Origin: Phycisphaera mikurensis NBRC 102666
Lineage (GTDB): Bacteria; Planctomycetota; Phycisphaerae; Phycisphaerales; Phycisphaeraceae
Length of the DNA: 32,000 nucleotides
NCBI RefSeq assembly: GCF_000284115.1
Contig: NC_017080.1
Coordinates: 2,550,001 to 2,582,000 of the forward strand
Reading direction: 5' to 3'
Positions within the stretch are counted from its first letter, which is position 1. Every line of letters starts with the position of its first letter. Under the pieces are notes generated by a model. That model was not told where the DNA came from. It ran no database searches and saw only the letters and a program-made list of their open reading frames with translations. This document shows, in pieces, positions 30,872 through 32,000 of the stretch. A program made the translations under genes and the position numbers.

Positions 30872-31603
30872 TCATCCCCGGCGGCGGGCGTAAGCCTCCG
30901 CGTAGGCGGGGCCGTCGCCGCGGAGCCGGTGCCGCAGGAGCATCCAGGCGTCGCGGACGAGCTGGCGGATCGGGCCGTTGGCGAGGAAGCGACGCGGGCT
31001 CGTGGTCATCCGCCCGGGAAGCAGCACCAGCTTCCCGGCGGCGCGGAGGCGCCGGCACAGCTCGACGTCCTCGAAGAGGTCCAGCGGCGGGACTCCGCCG
31101 GCGGCCGCGAGGATCCCGGGCCGGACGAAGATGCCCTGGTCGCCGAAGTACACGCCGGTGAGGCCGTACCGGACGCGGTTGAAGAAGACGACCAGCCGGA
31201 GCCGGTGGCGGGCCCAGCGCCCGCACCCGCTGGTGTTGAACCGCTGGCCGAAGGCACCGCCGACGACGGCGGGATCGGCGAGCGCTCCGCGGATGCAAGC
31301 CGCACCGTCCTCGGGCGGCAGGCAGTCCGCGTGAAGCATCCAGACCGCGCCCGCGTCGGGCGCGGCGGCGAGGGCGGCATCGACGCCCGCGCGCAGGGCC
31401 GAGCCGCGGCCGGTCACGCACGCCCCCCGGATCACCACGCAGCCGGCGACGGCGGCGCGGGCGGTGGTCGCGTCGGTCGAGCCGGAGTCGGAGACGAAGA
31501 CGTCGGCGGCGGCGACGGCACCCGCCCCCCGGGTGATCCGGGCGAGCAGCGCCCCCAGCGTCTCCGCCTCGTTGAGCGCCGGGATGACGACGACGATCCG
31601 CAG
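30872..31603 (-). CDS. GT2-type glycosyltransferase resembling the TIGR04283 'rSAM/selenodomain-associated transferase 2' family; start codon uncertain (no ATG/GTG/TTG available)
   Basis: RIVVVIPALNEAETLGALLARI...FVSDSGSTDAT...WMLHADCLPP...ALADPAVVGGAF...YFGDQGIFVRPGILAAAGGVP.LDLFEDVELCRRLRAAGKLVLLPGRMTTSPRRF. The layout matches my recollection of that family. The 5' boundary is set at the CTG at 31603, 6 nt after GGAGG; upstream in-frame codons are Arg/Gly junk overlapping DUF547. Confidence 0.7.
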   Translation of the reverse strand: MRIVVVIPALNEAETLGALLARITRGAGAVAAADVFVSDSGSTDATTARAAVAGCVVIRGACVTGRGSALRAGVDAALAAAPDAGAVWMLHADCLPPEDGAACIRGALADPAVVGGAFGQRFNTSGCGRWARHRLRLVVFFNRVRYGLTGVYFGDQGIFVRPGILAAAGGVPPLDLFEDVELCRRLRAAGKLVLLPGRMTTSPRRFLANGPIRQLVRDAWMLLRHRLRGDGPAYAEAYARRRG

Positions 31604-31605
31604 CG

Positions 31606-32000
31606 TCAGCCTCCCGCGTCGGCCGCCGAAGCGGCCGGGCTGTTGATTGTCCAGTCGTAGCCCATGAAGCGGAGCTCGCCCGCGTCCGCCGCCGCCACCG
31701 CGGCGTCCCGCCGCGGGCCCGCGGGCAGGTACGCCTCGAACATGTCGGCGAGCGAGTCGAAGGGTTCGCCGCCGTCGAAGTCGCCGGCGTACCAATCGAG
31801 GATCCTCGAGGCGGTGACGGTGCCGTCGTCCCCGACCACCAGCCCGTCGGGCGCCTGCAGCCAGCGCGTCGCCACGTTGCGGAACTGCCGGTCCAGCTCC
31901 GGCCCGCGGTAGGGCTCGTCCAGCAGCGGCGGGCACGACAGCGCCCCGCACACCAGCGCGAAGTGGATCCGCGCGTCGCCGTAGGTCGGGCGGATCAGCC
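31606..32000 (-). CDS. DUF547 domain protein (5'-partial; continues beyond the window end)
   Basis: The frame is open to base 32000 (…LIRPTYGDARIHFALVCGALSCPPLLDEPY…SRILDWYAGDFDGG…LRFMGYDWTINS). This is the characteristic DUF547 pattern: IHFALVC.S.SCPPL, WY..DF and Y.YDW.LN. Confidence 0.75.
   Translation of the reverse strand, partial: LIRPTYGDARIHFALVCGALSCPPLLDEPYRGPELDRQFRNVATRWLQAPDGLVVGDDGTVTASRILDWYAGDFDGGEPFDSLADMFEAYLPAGPRRDAAVAAADAGELRFMGYDWTINSPAASAADAGG

Overview
High-GC (by eye roughly 70% or more) bacterial chromosomal window. Nearly everything from about 1.6 kb to 27 kb is transcribed on the minus strand. All family assignments come from motif recognition only; no database search was possible.

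The core is a 13-gene flagellar operon in Firmicute/spirochaete-type order, running from 16259 down to 4356: flgB-flgC-fliE-fliF-fliG-fliH-fliI-fliJ-motE/ylxF-like-fliK-flgD-flgE-flbD. Directly upstream (19316 down to 16366) is a three-gene regulatory operon: a FlgN-like protein, a sensor-less histidine kinase and a sigma-54-dependent response regulator.

Flanking genes are:
- mgtE (5' partial)
- a sodium:solute symporter
- a CPBP protease
- a GMC oxidoreductase
- a cyclase/arylformamidase
- an intact IS5/IS1182-type insertion sequence
- a membrane metallophosphoesterase
- purC
- an RpoD/RpoS-like sigma factor with a lysine-rich tail
- a SulP/STAS transporter
- a GT9 glycosyltransferase
- an SDR
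- a TIGR04283-like GT2
- a DUF547 protein (partial)

The observations most worth a second look are:
1. Two perfect and one near-perfect sigma-54 -24/-12 elements, all in the flagellar-gene orientation. One lies 15 nt upstream of flgB and two are buried inside coding sequence upstream of the hook genes.
2. A recurring family of 8-bp-periodic, strand-asymmetric (pyrimidine/purine) tandem arrays in four intergenic regions, one of them inside the flagellar operon.
3. An IS inserted exactly at a CTAG containing the stop codon of one gene, 9 nt upstream of the next gene's ATG.
4. A GT2 gene with no canonical start codon, coupled to DUF547.

The many long plus-strand ORFs in the track that lie antisense to these genes are GC-driven shadow ORFs.
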